A DNA stretch of 64,000 nt from an uncultured Pseudomonadota bacterium (GCA_902826635.1 CADEFQ010000008.1:23271-87270); one strand, 5' to 3'; shown: positions 8,395 to 19,225, counted from the first letter of the stretch. A program made the numbers and translations. The notes: generated from the letters alone by a model not told the origin.

Positions 8395-9551
8395 CTGATC
8401 GCCTTGCTGAAACGACCCGCGCCGTGCGCGCGGGGCTCGAAACGGACGAAGCCACCGGTGCGGTCGTTCCGCCGATCCACCTTACCTCGACTTTCGCTTT
8501 CCGCGGCCTCGGCGAGAAGCGCCAATATGACTACACCCGATCCGGGAACCCGACTCGCGACCTGCTCGCCGAGGCGCTCGCCGACCTCGAAGGTGGCGCC
8601 GGCGCGGTGGTGACCGCAACGGGCATGGCTGCGATCACGGTGGTCGGCCATCTGCTGCCGGCCGGCAGTCGCATCGTGGCAGCGCACGACTGCTACGGCG
8701 GCACGTTTCGTCTTTTCTCCGCCTGGCAGCGTCGCGGCGAAATGCGAGTCGACTTCGTGGACTTCGGCGACACCGCCGCGGTGGACGCCGCGCTGTCGAG
8801 CCCCTGCGCGCTGCTGTGGATCGAAACGCCCAGCAACCCGCTGCTGCGCATCTCCGACATCGAAGCCCTCGCGGCGCGCGGCAGGAAGGCGGGGGCGCTC
8901 GTGGCCGTGGACAACACTTTCCTGTCTCCCGTGTGGCAGCAGCCGCTCGCGCTCGGCGCAGACCTCGTCGTGCATTCGACGACCAAATACCTGAACGGAC
9001 ACAGCGACGTCGTCGGCGGCGCGGTGGTTGCGAAGAGCGCGGAACGCGCACAGGAACTTGCGTGGTGGGCGAACTGCCTCGGCGTCACCGGGTCACCGTT
9101 CGACAGTTTTCTCACGCTGCGCGGCATCCGCACGTTGCACGCGCGCCTGGCCGTGCATGAACGCAATGCGAACGGCCTCGCCGGCTGGCTCGCGGCGCAG
9201 AAGGGCGTCGAAAGAGTGTATTACCCGGGTCTCGCGACACATCCCGGCCATGCGATCGCGAAGCGCCAGCAGCGCGGGTTCGGCGCCATCGTCAGCCTCG
9301 AACTCGGAGGCGGCACCGAGGCGGTCCGCCAGTTCGTCGACGCGCTCGAACTGTTCTCGCTCGCCGAATCGCTCGGGGGCGTCGAGAGTCTCGTCGCGCA
9401 CCCGGCGACGATGACGCACGCGGCGATGGAACACAGTGCGCGCGTCGCGGCAGGGCTCACCGACGGCCTGCTGCGGTTGTCGGTAGGCATCGAGGAGCTG
9501 GAGGACTTGCGGGAGGATCTCGCGCAGGCGCTCGCGCGCGCGCGGATTTAG
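8391..9551 (+). CDS. metB: Cystathionine gamma-synthase (PLP-dependent, Cys/Met metabolism family)
   Basis: 386 aa and collinear with E. coli MetB as I remember it: VPPIHLTSTF, YTRSGNPTRD, DNTFLSP, HSTTKYLNGHSDVVGG (PLP Lys), LAESLGGVESL. The GTG start overlaps the metX stop (GTGA). Confidence 0.85.
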   Translation: MTDRLAETTRAVRAGLETDEATGAVVPPIHLTSTFAFRGLGEKRQYDYTRSGNPTRDLLAEALADLEGGAGAVVTATGMAAITVVGHLLPAGSRIVAAHDCYGGTFRLFSAWQRRGEMRVDFVDFGDTAAVDAALSSPCALLWIETPSNPLLRISDIEALAARGRKAGALVAVDNTFLSPVWQQPLALGADLVVHSTTKYLNGHSDVVGGAVVAKSAERAQELAWWANCLGVTGSPFDSFLTLRGIRTLHARLAVHERNANGLAGWLAAQKGVERVYYPGLATHPGHAIAKRQQRGFGAIVSLELGGGTEAVRQFVDALELFSLAESLGGVESLVAHPATMTHAAMEHSARVAAGLTDGLLRLSVGIEELEDLREDLAQALARARI

Positions 9552-9650
9552 GGAGACCTGCGCAGGTTCGGCATTCCTGGCGTTCGTCCTCGTTGCAGGT
9601 AACATCAGCGCCCACATGCGTCGTCCCCTCGGGAAGCAGGAGCACCGACT

Positions 9651-10082
9651 ATGGAAGGCAAGAAGTACAACGGCAGCTGTTTTTGCGGGGCGGTGAAATT
9701 CACGGTGACTGGCGCGCCGGTCGCGATGGGCTATTGCCATTGCGAGTCGTGTCGGGTCTGGTCGGCCGGGCCCGTCAATGCCTTTTCATTGTGGAAACCC
9801 GAGGCGCTCGAAATCACCCAGGGTGCGGACAACATCGGCACCTGGCACAAGACCGAGGCCAGTTACCGCAAATGGTGCAAGACCTGCGGCGGGCACGTGT
9901 TCACCGACCACCCGAAGTGGCAACTCGTCGATGTCTATGCGGCCGTGATCCCGGATTTCCCGCACCAGGCGGGCGTCCATGTCCATTACCAGGAAACGAA
10001 GCTGCGGGTGAAGGACGGCCTGCCGAAGTTCAAGGATATTCCGAAAGAGATGGGCGGCTCGGGCGTCACGCTTGCCGAATGA
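9651..10082 (+). CDS. GFA-family (glutathione-dependent formaldehyde-activating / CENP-V-like) zinc protein
   Basis: 143 aa with the Cys pattern GSCFCGAV ... CHCESCR ... CKTCGGHVF. AGGAG lies upstream of the ATG. Confidence 0.8.
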   Translation: MEGKKYNGSCFCGAVKFTVTGAPVAMGYCHCESCRVWSAGPVNAFSLWKPEALEITQGADNIGTWHKTEASYRKWCKTCGGHVFTDHPKWQLVDVYAAVIPDFPHQAGVHVHYQETKLRVKDGLPKFKDIPKEMGGSGVTLAE

Positions 10083-10246
10083 CGCTGCTGCGTCGCTGGA
10101 TCGGCGGGACCCCTTACGGCGGCGAGCGCCGCCTCGTTCGGAAGGCCGTGGGCCACGGGGTTACCTGCGAACTGGCGGATCTTGCGCGCGTTGCGGCTCT
10201 CGCCGAACTGCGTCAACGCGATGCGAAGTGACGACAAGCCCTCGAG

Positions 10247-11368
10247 TCACGGCCCGGTGGATCCGTGGGCCACGCGGATCACGACTTTGCCGCGCGCATG
10301 GCCTTCTTCGAGGTATGTGATGGCGGCCGGTGTCTCTGAAAGGGGATAGCTTCGGTCGATCACCGGGGTCATCTTGCCGGACTGCATCAGTTCAGCGAGG
10401 AAGGTCAGGTCTTTCTGGTTCAGGTCCGCCAGCAGGAAGACTGCTTGCTGGCTCACGAACGGTGACAGCAGGAAAGCCTTCAGCGGGGCCCGCATCGCGC
10501 CGATCCAGGGATCGTCACTCGGGCCGCCGACGATCACGTAGCGCCCTTCGGGCGCGAGCACGCGCCGGATATCCAGAAACGAATGATTGCCGACGTTGTC
10601 CACGACCAGGTCGTAACGCTGCGCGCCTTGCGTGTAGTCCTCGCGCGTGTAGTCGATGACATGATCGGCGCCGAGGGAGCGCACGAGGTCCGCGTTACGA
10701 GTGCTGCAGACTCCGGTCACCTCCGCGCCGAGGCTCTTGGCGATCTGCACGGCAAATGTTCCCACGCCGCCCGATGCGCCGTTCACCAGCACTTTCTGCC
10801 CGGGGCGCAGCTGTCCCTCGTCGCGCAGCGCCTGCAACGCGGTGATCGCCGCCACAGGCACGGATGCGGCCTGTTTGAAGGTCACGTTTGCGGGCTTCGC
10901 AGCGATGGAGCCCTGTTCGCGCACGCTCACGTACTCGGCGAGCGCGCCTGAACGCCCGCCGAATACTTCATCTCCCGGCCTGAACCGGCGGACATTCTTG
11001 CCGACCGCTTCGACCGTCCCTGCGAAATCGATGCCGAAGCGCGCGTCTTTCGGCCTGCCGAATCCGGCCTCCGCGCGCATGATGTAAGGCTCGCCACGCA
11101 TGTAGTGCCAGTCGACCGGATTGACGGCCGCTGCGTGCACCTTCACGAGTACCCGGTCGTCTTCGAGCGCGGGCTTCGCGACTTCGGCCAGTTCGAGTAC
11201 GTCAGGCGATCCGTAACAGCGATAAACGATCGCCTTCATCCGCGTCGCGTCGGCGACCGGCGCAGGAGGCGCGCCACAGGGCGAGTCGTAGCTGAGCGCG
11301 AGCGCGAGTGACACGATCGCGAGGGTGAAGAACGCTGCAACACCGATCAGGATCCGTCTGCGAGTCAT
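10247..11368 (-). CDS. NAD(P)-dependent MDR-family quinone oxidoreductase / alcohol dehydrogenase with an N-terminal membrane anchor or signal
   Basis: N-terminal hydrophobic segment (ILIGVAAFFTLAIVSLALAL), then KVHAAAVNPVDW, VLVNGASGGVGTFAVQIAK (Rossmann), TPVIDRSYPL. Confidence 0.8.
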   Translation of the reverse strand: MTRRRILIGVAAFFTLAIVSLALALSYDSPCGAPPAPVADATRMKAIVYRCYGSPDVLELAEVAKPALEDDRVLVKVHAAAVNPVDWHYMRGEPYIMRAEAGFGRPKDARFGIDFAGTVEAVGKNVRRFRPGDEVFGGRSGALAEYVSVREQGSIAAKPANVTFKQAASVPVAAITALQALRDEGQLRPGQKVLVNGASGGVGTFAVQIAKSLGAEVTGVCSTRNADLVRSLGADHVIDYTREDYTQGAQRYDLVVDNVGNHSFLDIRRVLAPEGRYVIVGGPSDDPWIGAMRAPLKAFLLSPFVSQQAVFLLADLNQKDLTFLAELMQSGKMTPVIDRSYPLSETPAAITYLEEGHARGKVVIRVAHGSTGP

Positions 11369-11607
11369 GTCGAACTCCCCATGGCTGCTGCGGCCACTAT
11401 GGGCGTGACGAGGCGCCGGAACGAGCCCCTTGCGACGGGCGGCGGACTACGCGGCGCGACCGACGGCATGAACCGATGAGTGGCGGCCGCGCACCCGCCG
11501 CGTGCCCGCATTGCGCGGGCTGCCGGCCGCGATCGTCGCCGTCTCTCGTTTATAGTCGAGTCGTGGCGAAGCCTGACTCCTTGCACCTGCCGCGATTGCC
11601 CGCACCG

Positions 11608-12642
11608 ATGTTGGGTTGGCCACGCGTGCGCTTCACGCTCGGCGTCTCGGCCGTGTTCGGTCTGGTGCTTGGGCTCATGTCGGAAACGGCGATGCTGATC
11701 GTGATCGGGCGAGCCTTGATCGTCGGCCTCGCCGCGATGTTCGCGTTCGGGTTGTTTGAGCGCTGGCCCGCCCGAACCCCGAAGGGACTGGCGCGTTCGG
11801 CGTTGCAACTCGTCGGCATCGTGGTGGTGATCCCGCTCGCCGCGCTGCTCGCGTACTACGTGACGACCGGTGGCGATCCCCGGTTCGAACAGAACGAGAA
11901 GCGGGTCATGGGCTACGCGATGCTGACGTTCACGGGAATATTGTTCGCGCCGTGGATCGCCGTCGGTGCGATGTTGAAGCAGCGGGACTCGTTCGCGCTC
12001 GAGCAGGCGCTCGCGTTCGAGCTCGAGCGCAGCCGGTTCGAGCGAAATGCGCTCGACACGCGGTTGCGCCTGTTGCAGGCACAGGTGGAGCCGCACTTTC
12101 TTTTCAATACCCTTGCCAACGTGCAGGCGCTCGTGGAAGCCGGCTCGCCCCAGGCCCCGACGGTCCTGAAAAGCCTGATCGCCTATCTTCGCGCCGCGGT
12201 GCCGCGGGTGCATGATCCGGCGACCACGCTGGGCCAGGAACTCGACCTGGTGCGTGCCTACCTCGAACTGATGCAGATGCGCATGCCCGACCGGTTGCAG
12301 GTTGCCTTGCATATCGACCCGGCGGCCACCGGCTTGCAGTGCCCGGCGATGACGCTGCTGACACTCGTCGAGAACGCGGTGCGCCACGGCATCGACCCGA
12401 GCGAGGAGGGCGGACGGATCGACGTGGATGTGTGGCTGCGTGACGACCGCTGCCACGTGCGGGTCATCGACACCGGCGTCGGCCTGCAGCCCGCGGGAGA
12501 CGGGTCCGGGACCGGGCTATCGACCTTGCGCGAGCGTCTTGCACTCGGCTTTGACGGTGAAGCGCGCATGCGGTTGGTGGGGATCGAGCCGCATGGCGTG
12601 TCGGCGGAGCTGGATTTTCCGGCGCGGCCGGGGCCTGCGTGA
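11608..12642 (+). CDS. LytS/YehU-type sensor histidine kinase
   Basis: Several N-terminal TM segments, then LLQAQVEPHFLFNTLANV (His_kinase H-box) and a C-terminal ATPase (NAVRHG, DTGVG). The start is set at ATG 11608 (MLGWPRV); the upstream GTG at 11476 is possible. Confidence 0.8.
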   Translation: MLGWPRVRFTLGVSAVFGLVLGLMSETAMLIVIGRALIVGLAAMFAFGLFERWPARTPKGLARSALQLVGIVVVIPLAALLAYYVTTGGDPRFEQNEKRVMGYAMLTFTGILFAPWIAVGAMLKQRDSFALEQALAFELERSRFERNALDTRLRLLQAQVEPHFLFNTLANVQALVEAGSPQAPTVLKSLIAYLRAAVPRVHDPATTLGQELDLVRAYLELMQMRMPDRLQVALHIDPAATGLQCPAMTLLTLVENAVRHGIDPSEEGGRIDVDVWLRDDRCHVRVIDTGVGLQPAGDGSGTGLSTLRERLALGFDGEARMRLVGIEPHGVSAELDFPARPGPA

Positions 12643-13424
12643 ACGCGTTGCGCGCCACGGCACTGATTGCCGACGACGAGCCGCTGCTGCGCGACGCGCT
12701 CGAGCGCCTGCTCGCGCGGGCGTGGCCGGAGCTCGAAGTGGTCGCGATGGCCCGCCATGGCCGCGAAGCGATCGAGATGTTCGACGCGAAACATCCGGAT
12801 GTCTGTTTTCTCGATGTCCACATGCCCGGCATCAATGGCGTCGAAGTGGCGCATCACATCGGCGGGCGCGCGCATCTCGTGTTCGTCACCGCCTACGAGC
12901 AGTACGCGGTCCAGGCCTTCTCGCAAGGCGCACTCGACTACCTGGTGAAGCCCGTGGAGCCGGCGCGCCTCGCGGAGACGGTGATGCGACTGAAGGAGCG
13001 GATGCGTACTGCGCAACCGGCGCTGCAGACCGAGCTGCTGCTGCGGGAGCTGGCCTCGGCACTGCAACGCAGCGCGCCGCGAACGCCGTTGCGCTGGCTG
13101 CGCGCGTCGACGGGCCAGACCGTGCGACTCATTCCGGTCGAGGACGTTGATTTCCTGCGCTCCGGGGAGAAGTACACGCTGATCGCGTGGCATGACGAGG
13201 CGGGCGAGTCGCGCGACGCCCTGATCCGGCTGCCGCTCAAGGACCTTCTACTCCAGCTCGACGCATCGGAGTTCGCACGGGTGCATCGCTCGGTGGTGGT
13301 GAGACTGGGCGCCATCAGCCACGTCACGCGCGGCGCCAACGAAACAGCAGATATCCACCTGAAAGGCCGTGCCGACATCCTGCCGGTGAGCCGCAACTAC
13401 GTGCACTTGTTCCGCCAGATGTAG
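12639..13424 (+). CDS. LytTR-family response regulator
   Basis: Receiver domain (ALIADDEPLLRDAL, FLDVHMPGINGVE) plus a C-terminal LytTR domain (FARVHRSVVV ... LPVSRNY). The GTG start overlaps the kinase stop. Confidence 0.85.
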   Translation: MNALRATALIADDEPLLRDALERLLARAWPELEVVAMARHGREAIEMFDAKHPDVCFLDVHMPGINGVEVAHHIGGRAHLVFVTAYEQYAVQAFSQGALDYLVKPVEPARLAETVMRLKERMRTAQPALQTELLLRELASALQRSAPRTPLRWLRASTGQTVRLIPVEDVDFLRSGEKYTLIAWHDEAGESRDALIRLPLKDLLLQLDASEFARVHRSVVVRLGAISHVTRGANETADIHLKGRADILPVSRNYVHLFRQM

Positions 13425-13436
13425 CGTCTGGCCCCA

Positions 13437-13467
13437 AGCTCTGAGCTCTAAGCTCTAAGCTCTAAGC
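13437..13467. repeat. 7-bp tandem repeat (AGCTCTR), about 4.4 copies
   Basis: Read directly: AGCTCTG AGCTCTA AGCTCTA AGCTCTA AGC. It spans the leuB stop codon (13455-13457) and the convergent intergenic gap. Confidence 0.9.
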
Positions 13468-14519
13468 CTCTTCAAAATCTCCTCCCCCATCCCGCCCGTC
13501 GTCATCACGGGTACTCCGGGACCGGCAATATCCGCCGTCCGGGCGCCGGCCTCGAGCGCTTCGCTGACGGCCCGCTCGATCGCGCGTGCTTCGGTGTCGA
13601 GGCCGAGCGAATGGCGCAGCAGGAGCGCGGCCGAAAGGATCGTGCCGATGGGGTTCGCGATGCCGCGGCCCGCGATATCGGGCGCCGAGCCGTGGATGGG
13701 CTCGTAGAGGCCGCGACTTCCGTCACCGAGCGCTGCCGAGGGCAGCACGCCGAGGGAGCCCGCGAGCATCGACGCCTCGTCGGTCAGGATGTCGCCGAAC
13801 ATGTTTTCGGTGAGGAGCACGTCGAATTCGCGCGGGCGGCGGATCAGGTGCATCGCCGCGGCGTCGACCAGCATGTGCTCGAGCGCGATGTCGGGGAATT
13901 CGGTGGCGATCACCCGCTCGACCACGGAACGCCAGAGGCGCGAAGTTTCGAGCACGTTCGACTTGTCGATCGAGGTGACGCGCTTGCGTCGGGCTCGCGC
14001 GAGGGTGCCCGCGACGCGCGTGACGCGCTCGATCTCGGCGACCGTATACGTGCAGACGTCCGTCGCGTCGGTGGCGGTGCGACGTTTTTCGCCAAAATAG
14101 ATGCCGCCCGTGAGTTCGCGTACGAACAGCAGGTCGACGCCGTCGAGAACGTCGGCCTTGATCGTCGAGGCGTCACGCAATGCGGGATGCACCGCGACCG
14201 GGCGCAGGTTCGCGTAGACGCCCAGTTCGCGTCGCAGGCGCAGCAGCGCGGTTTCGGGCCGCGCCTTGGCGTCCGGGGCGCTCCATTTCGGCCCGCCGAT
14301 CGCGCCGAGCAGCACGCCGTCGGCGCGCTTGCAAAGATCGAGCGTCGCGGGCGGAAGTCCGTCACCGTGCGCGTCGATCGCCGCGCCGCCGAACAGGGCC
14401 GGCGCGAGTTCGAACTCGTGGCCGAAGTGCCGCGCGGTGGCGCCGAGCACGCGTACAGCTTGCGCCACGACGTCGGGGCCGATCCCGTCGCCGCCGAGTA
14501 CCGCGATGAGGGCCTTCAT
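13455..14519 (-). CDS. leuB: 3-isopropylmalate dehydrogenase
   Basis: [18 protein letters not shown]..., [37 protein letters not shown]. Trimmed from ORF 13455..14711. The ATG overlaps the leuD stop. Confidence 0.92.
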   Translation of the reverse strand: MKALIAVLGGDGIGPDVVAQAVRVLGATARHFGHEFELAPALFGGAAIDAHGDGLPPATLDLCKRADGVLLGAIGGPKWSAPDAKARPETALLRLRRELGVYANLRPVAVHPALRDASTIKADVLDGVDLLFVRELTGGIYFGEKRRTATDATDVCTYTVAEIERVTRVAGTLARARRKRVTSIDKSNVLETSRLWRSVVERVIATEFPDIALEHMLVDAAAMHLIRRPREFDVLLTENMFGDILTDEASMLAGSLGVLPSAALGDGSRGLYEPIHGSAPDIAGRGIANPIGTILSAALLLRHSLGLDTEARAIERAVSEALEAGARTADIAGPGVPVMTTGGMGEEILKRLRA

Positions 14520-15091
14520 TCGCGGCGTTGTTCGTAGGCGCCGATGGCGTCGTCCTTCGAGAGGAGATAGCCGAGCTCGTCGACCCCGTTCAGCAGGCAA
14601 TAGCGCGCGAACGCGTCGATCGGGAACTTCACCGCGATCCCGGTGGGCAGCGTGAGCGTGCAGCTCTCGAGGTCGATCACGACTTCGGCGCCGGGGTTCG
14701 CGAGCAGCCACTCGTGGGTCTCTCCATCGACGATGACCGGCAGCAGCCCGTTCTTGAGCGAGTTGTTGCGGAAAATGTCGGCGATTTCAGTGCTCACCAC
14801 GGCGCGAAACCCGTAGTCGAGCAGCGCCCAGGGCGCGTGCTCGCGCGAGGAGCCGCAACCGATGTTGCGCCCGGCGACCAGCACCTGGCAGCCCTTGGCC
14901 TGCGGCTGGTTCAGCACGAAATCGGGCTTCGGGCGGCCGCTCTCGTCATAGCGCCAGTCGGCGAAGAGCTGCTCGCCGAGGCCGGCTTTCGTCGTGGTCG
15001 TGAGGAAGCGCGCGGGCATGATCTGGTCGGTGTCGATGTTGGTCGACGGCAGGTTCACGGTCCGCGAGCGGATCGACTTGATGGCTGTCAT
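14516..15091 (-). CDS. leuD: 3-isopropylmalate dehydratase small subunit
   Basis: 191 aa: [30 protein letters not shown]. Confidence 0.92.
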   Translation of the reverse strand: MTAIKSIRSRTVNLPSTNIDTDQIMPARFLTTTTKAGLGEQLFADWRYDESGRPKPDFVLNQPQAKGCQVLVAGRNIGCGSSREHAPWALLDYGFRAVVSTEIADIFRNNSLKNGLLPVIVDGETHEWLLANPGAEVVIDLESCTLTLPTGIAVKFPIDAFARYCLLNGVDELGYLLSKDDAIGAYEQRRE

Positions 15092-15094
15092 CTC

Positions 15095-16504
15095 TTATCC
15101 GTTCAACACGTCGCGTGGATCGGTGACGCGGCCGCGAATCGCGGAAGCGGCGGCCGTGAGCGGGCTCGCGAGCAGCGTGCGTGCGCCGACACCCTGCCGG
15201 CCCTCGAAGTTGCGATTGCTGGTGCTGACGGCGTACTCGCCTTTCGGCACCGTGTCGCCGTTCATGCCGAGGCACATCGAGCAGCCCGATTCGCGCCAGT
15301 CGGCGCCCGCCTCGAGAAATACGCGGTCGAGCCCTTCCTTTTCGGCGGCTCGGCGCACCTGTTGCGACCCGGGGACCACGAGGAGATGCACGCCCTTGGC
15401 CACCTTGTGACCGCGCAGGACATCGGCCGCGGCGCGCAGGTCGGAGAGGCGGCCGTTCGTGCAGCTGCCGAGGAACACGATGTTCACGGGCTGGTCCTTG
15501 ATCGGTTCGCCGGCGGTGAAGCCCATGTAGGTGAGCGCCTTGTCGAACGCGGGGTCGCCCGCGCGCGCCGGAATCGTCGCCGAAATCGGCACCACCATGC
15601 CCGGGTTGGTCCCGTAGGTGATCATCGGTTCGAGTGCCGCGGCGTCGATATCGACGCTCGAGTCGAACCGCGCGCCAGCATCCGTCGGCAGTTCGCGCCA
15701 GCGCGCCACCGCTTCGTCCCAGGCCGCGCCCTGCGGCGCGCGCGGCTTGCCCTTCAGGTAGGCAAAAGTCGTGTCGTCGGGCGCGATCATGCCGGCGCGC
15801 GCACCGGCCTCGATGCTCATGTTGCACACGGTCATGCGCGCTTCCATGTCCATCGCGCGGATCGCGGCGCCGCGGTACTCGAGCACGTGGCCCGTACCAC
15901 CGGCGACGCCGATCCTGCCGATGATCGCGAGGATCAGGTCCTTCGCCATGACGCCGGGCGCGAGCGCGTTCGCGATTTCGATCGCGAGCGTTTTCGGCCG
16001 CCGCTGCAGCAGGCACTGCGTGGCGAACACATGCCCGACCTCGGTGCTGCCGATGCCGAAGGCGAGGGCGCCGAACGCACCGTGCGTGCTCGTGTGGCTG
16101 TCGCCGCACACGATCGTGCTGCCGGGCTGGGTGAGGCCGAGCTCCGGACCGATGATGTGGACGATGCCGCGCAACTCGTGCTGCAGGCCGAACAGTTCGA
16201 CGCCGAATTCGGCGCAGTTCACTTCGAGCTGCCGCACCTGTCGCGCGGCCGATTCGATTGAAATCGGCTCGCCGCCGAAGACCTGCGCGGTCCGCGTAGG
16301 CGTGGAATGATCCATCGTCGCGAGCGTGAGATCCGGCCGCCGCAGCCTGAGGCCGCGTTCGCGCAACAGCTGGAAAGCCTGCGGCGAGGTCACCTCATGC
16401 GTGAGGTGCAGGTCGATGAAGAGAACGGCGGGGGTGTCCGCAGTTTCCGGGACCACCACATGGCGGTCCCAGACTTTCTCGAACATCGTCTTGGGCAATG
16501 TCAT
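15095..16504 (-). CDS. leuC: 3-isopropylmalate dehydratase large subunit
   Basis: 469 aa: [63 protein letters not shown] (aconitase family). Confidence 0.92.
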   Translation of the reverse strand: MTLPKTMFEKVWDRHVVVPETADTPAVLFIDLHLTHEVTSPQAFQLLRERGLRLRRPDLTLATMDHSTPTRTAQVFGGEPISIESAARQVRQLEVNCAEFGVELFGLQHELRGIVHIIGPELGLTQPGSTIVCGDSHTSTHGAFGALAFGIGSTEVGHVFATQCLLQRRPKTLAIEIANALAPGVMAKDLILAIIGRIGVAGGTGHVLEYRGAAIRAMDMEARMTVCNMSIEAGARAGMIAPDDTTFAYLKGKPRAPQGAAWDEAVARWRELPTDAGARFDSSVDIDAAALEPMITYGTNPGMVVPISATIPARAGDPAFDKALTYMGFTAGEPIKDQPVNIVFLGSCTNGRLSDLRAAADVLRGHKVAKGVHLLVVPGSQQVRRAAEKEGLDRVFLEAGADWRESGCSMCLGMNGDTVPKGEYAVSTSNRNFEGRQGVGARTLLASPLTAAASAIRGRVTDPRDVLNG

Positions 16505-16516
16505 GTTCCTTTTTCC

Positions 16517-18100
16517 TCAGACCACGGCCTGCGCGATGCGCGCGCCGCCGCTGCGTTCGTCACGCGCACGCGCGCCGGCCTTGCGGGCGAGCTCGATTCG
16601 ATTGACCACTTCCAGGAAGGCGCGCGCGCTCGATTCGACGATGTCGGTGCTGACGCTCGAGCCGCGATACGTCCGTTGATTGTATTCGACGTACACGATC
16701 GCCTCGCCCTGCGCGTCCTCGCCGGCCGACACGCTGCGCAGTTCGAACTTGCGCAGCGAGGCGTCGATGCCGGTCGCCGCTTCGATCGCCTTGAACGCGG
16801 CGTCCACCGGGCCATCGCCCGTGACGCTCCGTTCGGCGACCGTGCCGTCGGCGTGGCGGAGCTTGACGGCGGCGCGCGCCGGCGCGCCGCTGCCCGCGAC
16901 CGTCTGCAGGTCCTCGAGGGTCCAGGGGCCCGCGGCGGAGCCTTCCGCGCGCAGCACCAGCGCCTCGATGTCACCGTCGAACAGCTCCTTCTTCTTGTCG
17001 GCGAGCGCCTTGAACTCGGCGAACACGCGATTGAACTCGAGATCGTCCAGATCAAAGCCGAGCTGTTGCACGCGCTCGCGAAACGCGTGGCGCCCGCTGT
17101 GCTTGCCGAGCACGAGGCTCGAGCGGGTGAGGCCGACCGACTCCGGTCGCATGATCTCGTAGGTCGAATGGTGCTTCAGCATTCCGTGCTGGTGGATGCC
17201 CGATTCGTGCGCGAACGCGTTCTCGCCCACCACGGCCTTGTTGCGCGGGATCGGCATGCCGACGATGTTCGACAGCAGGCGCGAGGTGGGATAGAGGCGC
17301 GTCGACTGGATGCCGGTGCGCAGGTTGAAAAAGGCCTCGCGGGTCGCGAGCGCCATCACGACCTCTTCGAGCGAACAGTTGCCCGCGCGCTCGCCGATGC
17401 CGTTGATCGTGCACTCGATCTGCCGGGCGCCGGCGACCACGGCGGTGAGACTGTTCGCCACCGCCATGCCGAGATCGTCGTGGCAGTGCACGGAGAGCCG
17501 GGCGCGCTCGATGCCACGCACGTTCTTGCGCAGGTAGCGGAACAATTCGCCGAACTCGTCCGGCACGGTGTAGCCCACCGTGTCGGGGATGTTGACGGTG
17601 GTCGCGCCGGCGTCGATCACCGCCTCGACGACCTGCGCGAGGAACTCGAGCTCGGTGCGCGAGGCATCTTCGGGCGAGAACTCGACGTCCTCGCAGAACT
17701 CGCGCGCCACCTTCACGCCCTCGACGGCGCTGCGGATGATTTCATCCTTCGCCATGTTGAGCTTGTGTTCGCGGTGGATCGCGCTCGTCGCGAGGAACAC
17801 GTGGATACGGTGTCGCGGCGCATCCCGCAGTGCTTTCGCGGCGAGCTCGATGTCTTCACGGTTGCAACGCGCGAGCCCGCAGATGATCGGGCCCGTTATT
17901 TCCCGCGCGATGGCATTCACCGCCTGCCAGTCGCCGCGCGACGCGGCGGGGAAGCCCGCCTCGATCACGTCGACCCCCAGTTCCGCCAGCGCCCGCGCGA
18001 GTCGAAGCTTCTCCGGCTGCGTCATGCTGCAGCCGGGCGACTGCTCGCCGTCACGCAAGGTGGTGTCGAAAATCAGGACCTGGTCGGGGTGCAATGTCAT
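16517..18100 (-). CDS. leuA: 2-isopropylmalate synthase
   Basis: MTLHPDQVLIFDTTLRDGEQSPG, SVHCHDDLGMAVANS, INGIGERAGN, and a C-terminal LeuA regulatory domain. Trimmed from ORF 16517..18172. Confidence 0.92.
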   Translation of the reverse strand: MTLHPDQVLIFDTTLRDGEQSPGCSMTQPEKLRLARALAELGVDVIEAGFPAASRGDWQAVNAIAREITGPIICGLARCNREDIELAAKALRDAPRHRIHVFLATSAIHREHKLNMAKDEIIRSAVEGVKVAREFCEDVEFSPEDASRTELEFLAQVVEAVIDAGATTVNIPDTVGYTVPDEFGELFRYLRKNVRGIERARLSVHCHDDLGMAVANSLTAVVAGARQIECTINGIGERAGNCSLEEVVMALATREAFFNLRTGIQSTRLYPTSRLLSNIVGMPIPRNKAVVGENAFAHESGIHQHGMLKHHSTYEIMRPESVGLTRSSLVLGKHSGRHAFRERVQQLGFDLDDLEFNRVFAEFKALADKKKELFDGDIEALVLRAEGSAAGPWTLEDLQTVAGSGAPARAAVKLRHADGTVAERSVTGDGPVDAAFKAIEAATGIDASLRKFELRSVSAGEDAQGEAIVYVEYNQRTYRGSSVSTDIVESSARAFLEVVNRIELARKAGARARDERSGGARIAQAVV

Positions 18101-18134
18101 GGGAATCTCCGGCAATGTTCCTCGGCGCCTGCGA

Positions 18135-19130
18135 TCAGGCGCGCTCGTCGGACAGCCAGGGCATGCGCTCACGCAGCGCGGCGCCCACTTTCTCGATCTT
18201 GTGGTTCAGGTCCTGCTTCATCAGCCGGTCGTACTTCTTGCGGCCTTTGGCGTTCTCGCTGATCCACTGGCGCGCGAATTTGCCCTGCTGGATTTCCTTC
18301 AGGACCTTGCGCATTTCCTTCTTCGTCGCGGCGTTCACGATGCGCGGCCCACGGGTGAGGTCGCCGTATTTCGCCGTCTCGCTGATGAACTTGTGCATCT
18401 TCGCGAGGCCGCCCTCGTGCAGCAGGTCCACGATCAGCTTCAGTTCGTGCAGGCACTCGTAGTACGCCACCTCGGGCTGGTAGCCCGCCTCGACGAGCGT
18501 CTCGAAACCCTTCACCACGAGTTCGGTTGCGCCGCCGCACAGCACGGCCTGCTCGCCGAACAGATCGGTTTCGGTTTCTTCCGCGAAGGTCGTTTTCAGC
18601 ACGCCACCGCGCGTCCCGCCGATGCCGTGCGCATAGGCGAGCGCCTTCGCAAAGCCCTTGCCGCTCGGGTCCTGGGACACCGCGATCAGGCAGGGCACGC
18701 CGCGGCCCTGCTGATACTGGCGACGCACGAGCCCGCCCGGACCCTTCGGTGCGATCAGCACGACATCGAGGTCCTTGCGCGGACGGATCTGCTTGAAGTG
18801 GATGTTGAAACCGTGCGCGAAGAGGAGGGTCGCGCCCTTCTCGAGATTCTTCTCGATCGCCTTGTAGACGGCCGCCTGCGCGAGGTCGGGCGTCAGCATC
18901 GCGACGAGCCGGGCGCCGATGGCCGCGGCGGCGGGTTCCGCAACCGCGAGGCCGTCCTTCTTCGCGTTCTTCCAGCCGTCACCACCCCGGCGCACGCCGA
19001 CGACGACGTCGTAGCCACTGTCCTTCAGGTTGAGCGCGTGGGCGCGGCCCTGGCTGCCGTATCCGATCACGGCGATGCGCGCGCCCTTGAGCGCCTTGCG
19101 GTCTACGTCTTTTTGCGAGAACAGCTTCAT
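18135..19130 (-). CDS. ilvC: Ketol-acid reductoisomerase (class I)
   Basis: [10 protein letters not shown]..., [41 protein letters not shown]. Trimmed from ORF 18135..19163. Confidence 0.92.
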   Translation of the reverse strand: MKLFSQKDVDRKALKGARIAVIGYGSQGRAHALNLKDSGYDVVVGVRRGGDGWKNAKKDGLAVAEPAAAAIGARLVAMLTPDLAQAAVYKAIEKNLEKGATLLFAHGFNIHFKQIRPRKDLDVVLIAPKGPGGLVRRQYQQGRGVPCLIAVSQDPSGKGFAKALAYAHGIGGTRGGVLKTTFAEETETDLFGEQAVLCGGATELVVKGFETLVEAGYQPEVAYYECLHELKLIVDLLHEGGLAKMHKFISETAKYGDLTRGPRIVNAATKKEMRKVLKEIQQGKFARQWISENAKGRKKYDRLMKQDLNHKIEKVGAALRERMPWLSDERA

Positions 19131-19149
19131 CCTTCGACTCCAGCATGGG

Positions 19150-19198
19150 TAGTGAAAACACAAAAAACCCCGCAGCGGCGTGGCCGGTGCGGGGTTTT
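19150..19198 (-). terminator. Intrinsic terminator acting as the ilvC-leu attenuator
   Basis: On the minus strand: CCCCGCA-(13 nt loop)-TGCGGGG followed by TTTTTTGTGTTTT. It ends about 20 nt upstream of the ilvC ATG and sits downstream of a Leu/Val-rich leader ORF. Confidence 0.75.
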
Positions 19199-19225
19199 GA
19201 TTCTTCGCTCGATTGCCTGTTCAGG

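Noticed and set aside
9986-10237. An 83-aa minus-strand ORF in the gap between the GFA-family gene and the oxidoreductase
   Set aside because: It overlaps the 3-prime end of the GFA gene, has no ribosome-binding site or motif that I recognise, and is compositionally like the other spurious ORFs.
14528-18262. Long + strand ORFs (14528..16261, 16307..18262) opposite leuD/leuC/leuA
   Set aside because: They are antisense to genes with unmistakable motifs. The translations are Arg/Ala/Gly/Asp-rich with no recognisable domains, the expected artefact of stop-codon scarcity in GC-rich DNA.
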